Shown here piece after piece: positions 39,517 to 50,672 of a DNA stretch of 64,000 nucleotides. Below the pieces are notes generated by a model. It did not search any database and was not told where the DNA came from. It saw nothing but the letters and a program-made list of their open reading frames with translations. The stretch is from an uncultured delta proteobacterium (GTDB lineage: Bacteria; Myxococcota; Myxococcia; Myxococcales; Myxococcaceae). The stretch covers positions 352,001 through 416,000 of the forward strand of contig CAVYSY010000026.1 in the NCBI GenBank assembly GCA_963771175.1. Direction: 5' to 3'. Made by a program: the position numbers and the translations under genes. The stretch's first letter is position 1. Every line of letters starts with the position of its first letter.

Positions 39517-40248
39517 ATGCGCTGGCTCCTCTCGGTGCTTTTCTGGTTGTTCTTCGCGGTGAGCTCCGCCGTCCTCGTCTTCGTGGCGCTCGCCCTCTTC
39601 CTTGTCACCTGGCCCTTCGACCGCAATGGCCGGGTGCTGCACCTCTTCTCCTGCGCCTGGGCCCAGCTCTACTTCTGGGTGAACCCCGGCTGGCACCTGC
39701 GCATCGAGGGCCGCGAGCGCCTGCCCTGGCACGGCCCGGCGGTGCTGGTCTCCAACCACCAGTCCCTGGGCGACATCCTCGTGCTCTTCGGCCTCTACCG
39801 GCCCTTCAAGTGGGTCTCCAAGGCCAGCAACTTCAAGCTGCCGTTCCTCGGCTGGAACATGTACCTCAACCGCTACGTGAGGCTGGTGCGGGGGAACAAG
39901 GACAGCATCGCGAAGATGATGGCCGACTGTGAGCGCTGGCTGGACCGGGGGGTGCCGGTGCTCCTCTTCCCCGAGGGTACCCGCTCGCCGGACAGCCAGT
40001 TGCTGCCCTTCAAGGATGGCGCCTTCCGCCTGGCCCTCGCCAAGGGCTGCCCGCTCATCCCCATGGTGCTCACCGGCACGGCGGACACCCTCCCCAAGCA
40101 CGGGCTGCTGCTGAAGTCCCGGGCGGACTGCAAGGTCCGCGTCCTCGAGCCGGTGGATCCCCGCGCCTTCTCCGACGTGAACGCGATGCGTGACCACGTG
40201 CGCGACCTCATGGCCCGGGAGCTCGCCCGCCTCGAGGCCGAGGTGTGA
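39517..40248 (+). CDS. plsC: Lysophospholipid acyltransferase (PlsC family)
   Basis: NHQSLGD, FPEGTRS and PFKDGAF. Confidence 0.88.
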   Translation: MRWLLSVLFWLFFAVSSAVLVFVALALFLVTWPFDRNGRVLHLFSCAWAQLYFWVNPGWHLRIEGRERLPWHGPAVLVSNHQSLGDILVLFGLYRPFKWVSKASNFKLPFLGWNMYLNRYVRLVRGNKDSIAKMMADCERWLDRGVPVLLFPEGTRSPDSQLLPFKDGAFRLALAKGCPLIPMVLTGTADTLPKHGLLLKSRADCKVRVLEPVDPRAFSDVNAMRDHVRDLMARELARLEAEV

Positions 40249-40265
40249 GGGGTGGAGCCGCTTTT

Positions 40266-41261
40266 TCAGGGGGCGAGAAAGAAGTCGGCGACCACGGCGG
40301 CATGATCCGAGCCGCCCAGCCCACGTGACCCATCGCGCACCGCCCGGAAGGAGGCCGGCACGTAGCCGCCCCCGTCGTTGCGAGCCAGGAAGAGGTGGTC
40401 GATGGCCTGGAGGTTCCCAAAGTAAGAGTACGTCCAGACGTCTCCCGAGGGACGGTCGCTGGCGACGCGCAGGAGCGAGCCGCCCTGCTCCAGGGCGTTG
40501 ATCGGCGGAGAGCCGGGCACGTCGTTGAGGTCACCCCCGAGCACAACCAGCGCGCGAGGGCGCTCTGCGGCGACGGCGGTGACGATCGCGTAGGCCCCCT
40601 GGGCCTCGGCGAGCCGGCGGCCGGGATCGTCATTCGACTTGGAACGGAAGTGGGCGGCGAAGACCACGACCTCGGCCCCGGCCACGTCCAGGTGGACCTC
40701 GAGCAGCTCGCGCGCGAAGGTGGTGGCGGAGCCGTCCGGACGCCGCAGCTCCTGCTCGCGGTGCCCGAGCACCTGGGTGATGGGCCAGGCGGAGAGAACG
40801 CCCACATCCACGGAGGCGGGGGCGCCCGTTTCCCCCAGCACGGCCCAGGGCAGGCCCGGCAGCCGGGTCCGGAGCGCCTCCAGCGAGGCCTGGCTCTCCA
40901 CCTCCTCCACCAGCACCACACCCGCGTTCAGCGACGTGATGGCCGCGGCGAGCTGGCTGGCGCGCGCTGAAAACTCCTCTGGCGACGGCAATTCCTCGTA
41001 GTTGGAGCCCCCGCACGAACCGGAGTCACAGACGGTGTCGAAGAAGCGGTGGACGTTGAAGGCGGCGATCCGCACCGAGGGCCCGACCGACGCATCCGAG
41101 CCGTCCTCGCTCGGCACATTCCCCACGACCTCGCGCCCCTCGAAACAGCCCGGGAGCCCGAGGGAGGCCAGGAGCAGCCCCGCGAGGAGCGAACGGCCTC
41201 GCGAGCGGGCCCTCCGCTCGGGGTGGCACGGGGAGGGCGACGAGGGAGGCGGAGTGCGCAT
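40266..41261 (-). CDS. Endonuclease/exonuclease/phosphatase family lipoprotein
   Basis: AAFNVHRFFD, HFRSK, GGDLND, IDH and SDH; start uncertain. Confidence 0.82.
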   Translation of the reverse strand: MRTPPPSSPSPCHPERRARSRGRSLLAGLLLASLGLPGCFEGREVVGNVPSEDGSDASVGPSVRIAAFNVHRFFDTVCDSGSCGGSNYEELPSPEEFSARASQLAAAITSLNAGVVLVEEVESQASLEALRTRLPGLPWAVLGETGAPASVDVGVLSAWPITQVLGHREQELRRPDGSATTFARELLEVHLDVAGAEVVVFAAHFRSKSNDDPGRRLAEAQGAYAIVTAVAAERPRALVVLGGDLNDVPGSPPINALEQGGSLLRVASDRPSGDVWTYSYFGNLQAIDHLFLARNDGGGYVPASFRAVRDGSRGLGGSDHAAVVADFFLAP

Positions 41262-41533
41262 GCGACGGAGTCCAGGGGGGAGAGACAAGCCCCAGGCAGG
41301 CGGCCGAGCACGTTCCGTAGCCCGGAACCTCATGACTCCGCAACGCGCACCTCCCCCAGGTCCGGTGCTACTGCCGCGTGCAGCCCATTGCACCACGCGC
41401 ACCATCCACCGCTGGACGCCCCGCCTCCTTCGCCCCAACGAGAGGAAGCGCCCGCCCGAATCATCTGCCACCAGATTGCGCCCGCCCTCTACCCGGAGCG
41501 GTGGCCCTTTCTGCCTACACCGGAGCGTGCGCC

Positions 41534-43932
41534 ATGCGTGTCGAGCCACTACGGACACTCCTCTGTCTCCTCCTGCTGTGGGGCTGCGCGGAGGTGGAGC
41601 CCCGCGACAACCCGCCCCGTCAACTGGAGGAGGCGGCAACGGTCCCCTCCCGCTTCACGGACACGACGCTCGTCGAGAACATCGACAGTGTCACCACCAT
41701 GGCCCTCGCGCCGGACGGGCGCATCTTCGTCTGCGAGCAGGCGGGGAAGCTGCGGATCATCGAGAACGGGAAGCTACTGCCCGAGCCATTCCTCTCGGTG
41801 GAGACGAACGCGGACGGAGAGCGGGGGCTGCTCGGCGTGGCGTTCGATCCCGACTTCCCGCGCCAGCCCTACGTGTACGTCTACTACACGGCCACTTCGC
41901 CCTCTCCGCACAACCGCGTCAGCCGCTTCACCGCGAGCGGCAACCGGGCCGTGGCCGGCAGCGAGCGCATCCTGCTCGACCTGGAGCAGGCTGGGGGCCA
42001 CCAACCACAACGGAGGCGCCCTCCACTTCGGGGCCGACGGCAGGCTGTACGTGGCCGTGGGGGACAACTCGAAATCGGAGAACGCGCAGAAGCTCGACAC
42101 GCTGATGGGCAAGCTGCTGCGGCTGGAGAAGGACGGCACCATCCCCTCGGACAACCCGTTCTCCACGCGCACCACGGGCGTCTACCGCGCCATCTGGGCG
42201 CTCGGCCTGCGCAACCCCTTCAGCTTCGCCGTGCAGCCGGGCACCGGCCGCCTCTTCATCAACGACGTGGGGGCGAACAAGTGGGAGGAGATCAACGAGG
42301 GCGTCGCCGGAGCCAACTACGGCTGGCCGGACACCGAGGGCCCCACGAGCGACTCGCGCTACCGCGCGCCGCTGTTCTCCTACTCGCATGGCTCGGGCAG
42401 CAGCCATGGCTGCGCCATCACCGCGGGCACCTTCTACAACCCGCCCCGCGCCCAGTTCCCCTCGGAGTACGTGGGGCTCTACTTCTTCTCCGACTACTGC
42501 AACGGGTGGATCCGCACGTACAACCCGAAGGATGGCACCGTCAGCGTGTTCGCCACGGGCCTCGATGCGCCGGTGGACCTCGACGTGGGACCGGACGGCA
42601 GCCTCTACTACCTGGACCGCGGGGACGACTCGGTGCACCGCATCCGCTACGCGGCGACGAACGAGGCGCCCGCGCTCGCGCGCCAGCCCGAGAGCCAGAC
42701 GGTGAGACCCGGCCAGTCGGTCACCTTCACGGTGGGCGCCACCGGGACGCCGACCCTGCGCTACCAGTGGCAGCGGGATGGCAAGGACCTGGCGGGGCAG
42801 ACGTCCGCGAGCCTCACGTTGACGGCGGTGGGACTGACGGACTCGGGGGCGCGCTTCCGGGTCCGGGTGTCCAACGACTACGGCTCGGTGGTGAGCAACG
42901 AGGCCGTCCTCACCGTGCTGAGCGGCACCGCCCCCGTCGCCACCATCACCTCGCCAGTGGAGGGGACGCGCTACAGCGCCGGAGAGCCTCATCTCCATCG
43001 CGGGAGCAGGCACGGACGCGGAGGACGGCACGCTGCCGGCGAGCGCCTTCACCTGGCGCGTGGACTTCCACCATGGCGACCACCTGCACCCCTTCGTGCC
43101 GACCACGCGCGGGGAGAAGAGCGGGAAGTTCATCGTGCCGGACCGGGGCGAGACGTCCGCCAACGTGTGGTACCGCATCCACCTGCAGGTGACGGACTCC
43201 GGCGGGGCCACCCACTCGGTGTACCGGGACGTGCGCCCCCGGACGGTGCAGCTCGGGGTGGACACCCAGCCGGCGGGGCTCCAGGTGACGCTCGATGGCC
43301 AGCCCCAGGCCACGCCACTGGGGGTGGAGAGCGTGGTGGGCATGGTGCGCACGCTCGGGGTGGTGTCCCCCCAGGTGAAGGACGGGAAGACGTACGTCTT
43401 CGACCACTGGTCCGACGGCGGGAGCGCGACGCATGAGGTCCCCACGCCCGCGGCGGCCGCCCGCTACACGGCGGTGTTCCGTGCGGGGGAGGAGCCCACT
43501 CCTGGCAACGGCCTGCGCGCGGAGTACTTCGACTCCCTCGACTTCACCCAGCTCAAGCTGGAGCGTGTGGACCCCACCGTGGACTTCCGCTGGGAGGACA
43601 CCGCTCCCGACCCCCGCATGCGCAAGGACACCTTCTCGGTGCGTTGGACCGGAAGCGTGGTGCCCCGGTACTCGGAGACCTACACCTTCTACACGCAGTC
43701 CAACGATGGGGTGCGGCTCTGGGTGGACGGGAAGCTCCTCATCGACGACTGGAACATCCACGCCACCACCGAGAAACGTGGCACCGTCACCCTGCAGGCG
43801 GGCCGCGCCCACTCCTTGCGGCTGGAGTTCTTCGAGAAAACGGGTCTGGCCATCATGCGGCTGCACTGGTCGAGCCCCAGTCAGCGCAAGGAGATCATCC
43901 CGACGGAGCGGCTCCGACCGACGCCTCCCTAG
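41534..43932 (+). CDS. PQQ-dependent sugar dehydrogenase (GSDH) with Ig-like and PA14 domains (frameshifts near 41990 and 42990)
   Basis: GERGLLG, HNGG, GLRNPF and GANYGWP; PA14 motifs FSVRWTG and SNDGVRLWVDG. Confidence 0.88.
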
Positions 43933-43956
43933 CCGGGCACCGGGCGGACGGGCATC

Positions 43957-45342
43957 TTGGCCATTGATTCATGGCCGGGATTGCGGCACCAAGCGACTCT
44001 CCTCTCGCAGCGAGGTCGCACCATTCCCAGCACGCACCTGAACTTCCCGTCCGCCGAGGCCCACCGGAACTGGCTGGAGAGCCAGTCCGCCCTGCCGCGC
44101 GGCTTCCGCGTCGGGCGCACGCGCCTGGAGTTCATGCCCGCCGAGGTGGCCAAACCGGCGAAGATGAACCTCACGCTCATCGTGCTCGACGAGCCGACCC
44201 CGGCGTTCGCGGCGGTGTTCACGAAGAACGCCTTCCCCGGGGCGCCGGTGCTCATCGGCCGCGCGCGGCTGGAGGAGCCCACGCTGGGCGCGGTGGTGGT
44301 GAACAACAAGGTGAGCAACGTGTGCGCGCCCGGGGGCGTGGAGGCCTCGGAGCGGCTGTGCGCGGCGGTGGCGGGGCCCCTGGGGCTGAGCGCCTCGCAG
44401 GTGCTCCCCTGCTCGACGGGCGTCATCGGCTGGCGGCTGCCGGTGGACGCGATGGTGGAGGCGGTGCCCCAGGCCGTGTCGGCGCTCGAGGCCGGCTCGG
44501 TGCTGCCCGCCGCCGAGGGCATCATGACCACCGACCTGTACGCCAAGGTCCGCCGGGCCCGGGTGGGGGACGGGAGCATCGTGGGCATCGCCAAGGGCGC
44601 GGGGATGATCGAGCCCAACCTGGCCACCATGCTCGTCTTCCTGATGACGGACGTGGACGTGCCGCGCGAGGCCCTGCGCGCGGCGCTGCGCTCGGTGGCG
44701 TCGCGCACCTTCGGCTGCATCAGCGTGGACAGCGACACGAGCACCTCGGACACGGTGGCGCTGCTGTCGTCGAGGAAGGTGCCCTGCCCGAGCCTCTCGG
44801 AGTTCGAGGCCGCGCTGGAGCAGGTGTGCGCGGACCTGGCCGAGGACATCGTGCGCAACGGCGAGGGCGTGCACCACGTCATGCGCGTGCGGGTGAGCGG
44901 GGCCCCGAGCGAGGCGGTGGCGCGGGGCATCGGCAAGTCGGTGGTGAACTCGCCGCTGTTCCAGTGCGCGGTGAACGGGAACGACCCGAACGTGGGCCGG
45001 CTGGTGGCGGCGATCGGCAAGTACGTGGGGGCCCACCACCCCGAGGTGGACCTCGCCCACTGCACCCTGCGCATGGGCGGCCGGGTCATCTTCGAGCGCG
45101 GCGCCTTCCGGCTCGACAACGAGGCGGAGAAGGCGCTGGTGGCCCACATGAAGGGCGCCGAGCTCTACACGAGCGTCCCGCCGCCCGATGGGCTCACCTT
45201 CCGCCCGCCGGTGACCTTCCCGCCGCACGAGCGCTCGGTGGAGATCGACGTGGAGCTCGGCCTCGGCCCGGTGACCAGCACGGTGCTCGGCGCGGACCGG
45301 AGCCACGAGTACATCAGCGAGAACGCGGACTACCGGAGTTGA
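43957..45342 (+). CDS. argJ: Ornithine acetyltransferase ArgJ
   Basis: STGVIG, IMTTD, AKGAGMIEPNLATML, DTSTSD, DPNVGR and ENADYRS; start uncertain. Confidence 0.93.
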   Translation: MAIDSWPGLRHQATLLSQRGRTIPSTHLNFPSAEAHRNWLESQSALPRGFRVGRTRLEFMPAEVAKPAKMNLTLIVLDEPTPAFAAVFTKNAFPGAPVLIGRARLEEPTLGAVVVNNKVSNVCAPGGVEASERLCAAVAGPLGLSASQVLPCSTGVIGWRLPVDAMVEAVPQAVSALEAGSVLPAAEGIMTTDLYAKVRRARVGDGSIVGIAKGAGMIEPNLATMLVFLMTDVDVPREALRAALRSVASRTFGCISVDSDTSTSDTVALLSSRKVPCPSLSEFEAALEQVCADLAEDIVRNGEGVHHVMRVRVSGAPSEAVARGIGKSVVNSPLFQCAVNGNDPNVGRLVAAIGKYVGAHHPEVDLAHCTLRMGGRVIFERGAFRLDNEAEKALVAHMKGAELYTSVPPPDGLTFRPPVTFPPHERSVEIDVELGLGPVTSTVLGADRSHEYISENADYRS

Positions 45343-45364
45343 TTGGGGCGTCGGGTCCGAGCCT

Positions 45365-45958
45365 ATGCTCCGACGGACGATGAGACGACTCGGACCCGAC
45401 GACTACCGCGACATGCCCTGGAAGAACGGGGGTGGGGTCACCCGCGAGCTGCTGAAGCTGCCGCATCCGACCGACCCGACCCGCTTCCGGGCCCGCCTGT
45501 CGATCGCCACGGTCTCGATGTCCGGGCCCTTCTCCGTGTTTCCGGGCGTGGATCGGACCTTGACGCTCCTCGACGGGGCGGGCATGGCGTTGTCCTTCCC
45601 GGGTGTGCCGAAGGAGGTGGTGCTCGACCAGCGCCGGCAACCGTTCGCGTTTCCGGGCGAGGTGGAGCTCCAGTGTCGGCTGCTCGGCGGACCGGTGCGG
45701 GACTTCAACCTCATGGTCGACCGGGCCACGGCCGAGGCCACGCTCGCGGTAGTGCACCTGGCGCCAGGCGAGACCCGAACACTCACGGGAGCCAGGACCG
45801 TGCTCCTCCATGGCCTGGAGGGTCAGGCCTCGGTGGCCGGGATGCCGCTGGCCGTGGAGGAGACGCTCTGGCTGGAAGCGCCCGAAGCGCTGGCCCTGCG
45901 GAGCGACGCGGGCGCCGTCGTGGTCGCCATCCACCTGAATCACCGGACGGAGCGGTAG
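45365..45958 (+). CDS. HutD/Ves family protein
   Basis: MPWKNGGGVTRE, FSVFPGVDR and DFNLM. Confidence 0.88.
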   Translation: MLRRTMRRLGPDDYRDMPWKNGGGVTRELLKLPHPTDPTRFRARLSIATVSMSGPFSVFPGVDRTLTLLDGAGMALSFPGVPKEVVLDQRRQPFAFPGEVELQCRLLGGPVRDFNLMVDRATAEATLAVVHLAPGETRTLTGARTVLLHGLEGQASVAGMPLAVEETLWLEAPEALALRSDAGAVVVAIHLNHRTER

Positions 45959-45971
45959 GCCCCCCCGGAGC

Positions 45972-46376
45972 TCACTGCGAAGTCGGTAGCGACTCCTGCT
46001 CCTGCTGGCGGGAGGCACTGCGCCGGGCGTAGTCAGCCATGCCCTCGAAGTCCACCAGCAGGCAGACCTCGTCGCCGACCACCCATGCGTCGTGCCCGGG
46101 AGGGATGTACGCCACGTCTCCCGCGGTGAGCAGACTCCGGGTGCCGTCGTCCATGGCGATCTCCATGCTCCCGGAGACGACGTAACAGGAGTGGGCGGCC
46201 TGGCAGCTCTTCGTGCCCGCGAGGGGCTGGATGTGCTCCGACCACTTCCATCCCGGCTCGAAGACGCCCATTCCAATGTTGCTGCCGTCCAAGTGGACGA
46301 GGTCGAGATGCCCATGCGCGGTGAAGGGACGTCGTTCATCGGGCTGCGCGAACTTCTTGATGACGAGCTGGCTCAT
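45972..46376 (-). CDS. Cupin domain protein
   Basis: FEPGWKWS, SCQAAH and IPPGHDAWVVG. Confidence 0.85.
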   Translation of the reverse strand: MSQLVIKKFAQPDERRPFTAHGHLDLVHLDGSNIGMGVFEPGWKWSEHIQPLAGTKSCQAAHSCYVVSGSMEIAMDDGTRSLLTAGDVAYIPPGHDAWVVGDEVCLLVDFEGMADYARRSASRQQEQESLPTSQ

Positions 46377-46598
46377 GGCGTGCGCCTCCGCGACCGTGGG
46401 CAAGGCGCGACACGCGCCTGGAAGGCCCGGGCGGTCGTCATTCAAATGAAGCTAGGGGCGCCCCGGGTTCGAGGGCAGCAACGAGAACGGACCCGCCAGT
46501 CAGCACGGCCTTGCCCCTGGACAGCATGACAGGGGCCCGTGCCCTTCTCCCCTCGAGGCGGTTAGGGTTGGGAGCTGTTCCTGTCACGGGAGGGCCCC

Positions 46599-48423
46599 AT
46601 GCCTGCTTCGCCGTACGAGCTCGTCATCGCCAATGGACTCTTCTTCGACGGACGAGGCAGCCCGCCCCGCGTGAGACACCTGGGCATCCGCGACGGGCTG
46701 GTGACGGCCATCAGCGAGTCGCCACTGCCTCCCGGGCCCGACACGCGCGTCGTCGACGCCACCGGCCGCTGGGTGATGCCCGGGTTCATCGACCTGCACA
46801 CCCACTACGACGCCGAGGTGGAGCTGGCCCCCTCGCTCTCCGAGTCCGTACGGCACGGCGTCACCTCGGTGATGGTGGGGAGCTGCTCGCTCAGCCTCGC
46901 GGTGGGCACGCCCGAGGACCTCGCCGACCAGTTCTGCCGCGTGGAGGCCATCCCCTACGACGCGGTGCGCTCGCTGCTGGAGCGGAAGAAGGACTGGGAC
47001 ACGCTTGGCGGGTACCTCTCGCACCTGGACGAGCTGCCACTGGGACCCAACGTGGGCGCCTTCGTGGGCCACTCGGCCATCCGGGCGCATGTGATGGGCC
47101 TGGAGCGCAGCCTGGACGAGCGGGTGAAGCCCTCCTCGGAGGAGCTGGACACGGATGGAGGCCTTGCTGCGCGAGGGGCTCGATGCGGGCTATGCCGGCC
47201 TCTCCATCATGACGCTGCCGTGGGACAAGATTGGGGGCAGCCGGTCCATCCGCAGCCGTCCCCTCCCCTCCACCTTCGCGAGCTGGTCCGAGTACCGCCG
47301 ATTCACGCGCATCCTCCGCGAGCGGCGGCGCGTCTTCCAGGGCGTGCCCAACATCACCACCAAGGTGAACGTCTTCCTCTTCCTGTGGGAGAGCGTGGGG
47401 CTGTTCCGCCAGCCGCTGAAGACGACGGTCATCTCCATGATGGACACCCGCGCCAACCGGGGCATCCACCGGCAGATCGGCCTGCTGTCGCGCTTCTTCA
47501 ACCGGCTGCTGAAGGCCGACTTCCGCTGGCAGGCCCTGCCGGAGATCTTCGACTTGTGGTCGGACGGTATCGATCTCGTGGTCTTCGAGGAGTTCGGCGC
47601 GGGAGCGGCGGCGCTGCACCTGCAGGACGCGGTCGAGCGCAAGCGGCTGCTGGAAGACTCGGAGTACCGCGCCTGGTTCAAGCGGCAGTGGAAGAGCAAG
47701 CTGCTGCCCAAGGTGTTCCACCGGGACTTCAACCAGTCCGAGGTGCTGAAGGCGCCGGACCCTTCGCTGGTGGGGCGCTCGTTCGCGGACATCGCCCGCG
47801 AGCGGGGGCAGGACGTGGTGGACACCTTCCTGGACCTGGTGGCGCGGTACGGCCCGGAGCTGCGCTGGTACACGGTGATGGCCAATGACCGGCCGCGCGA
47901 GCTGGAGTCCATCGTGAGCCACCCGGACGTGCTCATCGGCTTCTCGGACGCGGGGGCGCACCTGCGCAACATGGCGCACTACAACTTCCCGCTGCGGATG
48001 CTGCGGCTGGTGCGCGAGGCGGAGAAGCGCGGCGAGCCGGTGATGCCCGTGGAGCGCGCGGTGCACCGGCTCACGGGGGAGATCGCCGACTGGCTGGGCC
48101 TGGACGCGGGGACACTCGCGCCGGGCCGGAGGGCCGACGTGGTGGTGGTGGATCCGGAACGACTTGGCGCCGAGCTGGACACGCCCCACGAGTCCCCGGT
48201 GGAGGGCTTCGACGGCTTCATGCGGCTGGTGAACCAGAACGGTGGCGCGGTGGAGACGGTGCTCATCAACGGCCGGCTCGCGGTGCACGGCGGCGCCCCC
48301 GTGCCCGAGCTGGGCAGACAGCGTGGCTTCGGGCGCGTGCTGCGCGTGGGGACCGGGGCCGAACCAGCGCCCGTGGAGAAATCACGAGCCCCCGAGTCCT
48401 CTCACGGCCGTGCCTCGGCCTGA
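46599..48423 (+). CDS. N-acyl-D-amino-acid deacylase family amidohydrolase (frameshift near 47152)
   Basis: PGFIDLHTHYD, HGVTSV and SDAGAH. Confidence 0.88.
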
Positions 48424-48437
48424 CCTGGGATGCCATC

Positions 48438-49292
48438 ATGTTTCCAAGCCGTTCTCTCGCCCTGCTGTTCGGTGTGTCCCTTCTAGGCACGGCAAGCGGT
48501 TGCAGCAGGGTGAAGACCGAGGAGAAGGCCCTGGAGCCCGCCCCCAAAGCCCAGGGACTCTCGCTCGAGAAGTTCCAGGCCGGGGCCTTCCAGGAGCCCG
48601 GCTCCGATGTCTACATCTTCAATGGTGATGAAGCCGCCGAGGGGCTCGAAGGGCTGCGCGACGTCTATGAGCATCAATTCCAAAAGGATGACGAGGGAAC
48701 CCTCGTCATGGGCGAAGGGGGCGACCAGCTCGAGGACAGCAGGGTCATGTGGTCCCGCGAGCAGAGGAAGAAGCTCACCTATTGCGTGAGCACCTCCTTC
48801 GGCACGCACTACAGCGAGGTCGTCCAGGCCATGGCGGAGGCCTCCGCCGTCTGGGAGGCAACGGCCGGCGTCAACTACATCCACGAGAGCGCGCAAGACG
48901 CGGACTGCACCGGGAGCAACCCCCACGTCCTGTTCGACGTGCGACCCATTGATGTCCCTGGCACCTACCTCGCGCGGGCGTTCCAACCGACCGCCAGCCG
49001 AGCTACGCGCAACATCCGGATTGATGAGGCGGCCTTCGGTACCGGCTCGCCGCGAGCCCTGGCCGGGCTCCTGCGCCACGCGCTGGGGCACACCCTGGGC
49101 CTCTCCCACAAGAAGCTCCAGCCCGAGGCAAGCCCCTGCTTCGGGAACAAGGATTGGCGCCCCTTGAAGAAGGCCCCCTCCTGGGTCGTCGCGGCCTTGC
49201 ACTATCCAGGGTGCACCCGCCCGGGTGACTGGCCCCTCGCGCTGAACAGCGACGAAGCGGCCGAAGTCACCGCCCTCTATGGGAACCCCTGA
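48438..49292 (+). CDS. M57/matrixin-like metallopeptidase lipoprotein, catalytic Glu replaced
   Basis: LTYCVS, YLARAF and LRHALGHTLGLSH. Confidence 0.7.
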   Translation: MFPSRSLALLFGVSLLGTASGCSRVKTEEKALEPAPKAQGLSLEKFQAGAFQEPGSDVYIFNGDEAAEGLEGLRDVYEHQFQKDDEGTLVMGEGGDQLEDSRVMWSREQRKKLTYCVSTSFGTHYSEVVQAMAEASAVWEATAGVNYIHESAQDADCTGSNPHVLFDVRPIDVPGTYLARAFQPTASRATRNIRIDEAAFGTGSPRALAGLLRHALGHTLGLSHKKLQPEASPCFGNKDWRPLKKAPSWVVAALHYPGCTRPGDWPLALNSDEAAEVTALYGNP

Positions 49293-49474
49293 GGAGCGGC
49301 CATGGCGCGACCCACGGAGACATCGACCTGAATCCTCGGACCCGGGGGCCCGAAAATCCCCGGAAATTCCCCCGCAACCACGGGTGCCCTTCCCGGTACT
49401 CCCTGGCGAAGAGGAACGCGGACGCCCGATACGGTGCGAGTACCGCGTCCCTCCCCTGAAAAGGATGGGATGTC

Positions 49475-50434
49475 ATGGGAACGACGCGGAAGGTGGTGCT
49501 CGCCGGAGGCAGCGGGTTCCTCGGGCGCTCGCTCGCGCGGGTCCTGGAGGCGCGGGGCTACGAGGTCGTCATCCTCACCCGCTCCCCGGCCCCGGGCTCA
49601 ACGCGCGAGGTGGCGTGGGATGGAAGGAATCCGGGCGAATGGTGCGCTCAGCTCGAGGGCGCCGTGGCGGTGGTCAACCTCGCCGGCCGGAGCGTGGACT
49701 GCCGCTACACGCCGGAGAACCGGCGGGAGATCCTCTCCTCCCGGCTGGACTCGGTGCGGGTCCTGGGCGAGGCCATCCGCCGGTGCGCCACGCCCCCGAG
49801 CGTCTGGGTGCAGGCAGCCTCGCTCGCCATCTACGGGAACTCGGGCGATGCCTTGCGCGACGAGAGCTCATCCCCGGGCGAGGGCTTCTCCGTGGACGTG
49901 TGCCGCCAGTGGGAACAGGCCTTCGCCGAGCAGAGGACGCCGGGCACGAGGCAGGTGCTGCTGCGCATCGGCTTCGCTCTGGGGCGGGACGGTGGCGCGC
50001 TGGGGCCGCTCGCGAGGCTGGCCCGCTGGGGGCTCGGCGGCACGGTGGGCAGCGGGAAGCAGTACGTGAGCTGGCTGCACCTCGATGACCTCAACGCCCT
50101 CTTCGTCCGGGCCATCGAGAACCCGTCCATGCAGGGCACGTACAACGCGACCGGGCCCTCGCCGGTGACGAACGCGGAGTTCATGCGCGCACTGCGCCAC
50201 GCGCTGCGGCGGCCCTGGAGCCCTCCCGTCCCCGCGTGGGCGGTGCGCATGGGAGCACGGGTGCTCGGAACAGAGGCGGAGCTGGCACTGACCGGGCGAC
50301 GGGGAGTCCCCCAGCGGCTGACAGCCGAGGGCTTCGCGTTCCGCTACACTGACCTCTCGGCCGCCCTGGAGGATCTCCTCGGTGCACGGCGCGCCCTGCC
50401 GGGGCCGACAGGTACCGCCATCTCCTCGCACTAA
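49475..50434 (+). CDS. TIGR01777/YfcH-family epimerase
   Basis: GGSGFLG, VNLAG, VCRQWE and GSGKQYVSWLHLDD. Confidence 0.88.
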   Translation: MGTTRKVVLAGGSGFLGRSLARVLEARGYEVVILTRSPAPGSTREVAWDGRNPGEWCAQLEGAVAVVNLAGRSVDCRYTPENRREILSSRLDSVRVLGEAIRRCATPPSVWVQAASLAIYGNSGDALRDESSSPGEGFSVDVCRQWEQAFAEQRTPGTRQVLLRIGFALGRDGGALGPLARLARWGLGGTVGSGKQYVSWLHLDDLNALFVRAIENPSMQGTYNATGPSPVTNAEFMRALRHALRRPWSPPVPAWAVRMGARVLGTEAELALTGRRGVPQRLTAEGFAFRYTDLSAALEDLLGARRALPGPTGTAISSH

Positions 50435-50468
50435 GCCATCCGAAGTAAGTCCGTGCAGGAGGAGGCAG

Positions 50469-50623
50469 CCGGACGCGCGCTCGAGCAAGCGGTCCGATGG
50501 TCGGACCAGTTCGTGACGAGCGCGGCCGGGAAGCCGGCGGGTTCCGGCGGACAGAGGACCCTCCGGGCTCGGTCTGAGAAACCTGTCCGACTGTCGGACA
50601 GGTTTTGGAAGAACGCGGCCGGG
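50469..50623. repeat. Pair of REP-like palindromes between convergent genes
   Basis: GGTCCGA-TGG-TCGGACC variant followed by AAACCTGTCCGAC-T-GTCGGACAGGTTT. Confidence 0.75.
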
Positions 50624-50672
50624 AGACCGACGTTTCTCAAGGGTCGTGCTGGCCTGCACGCGGATGGCTTGG

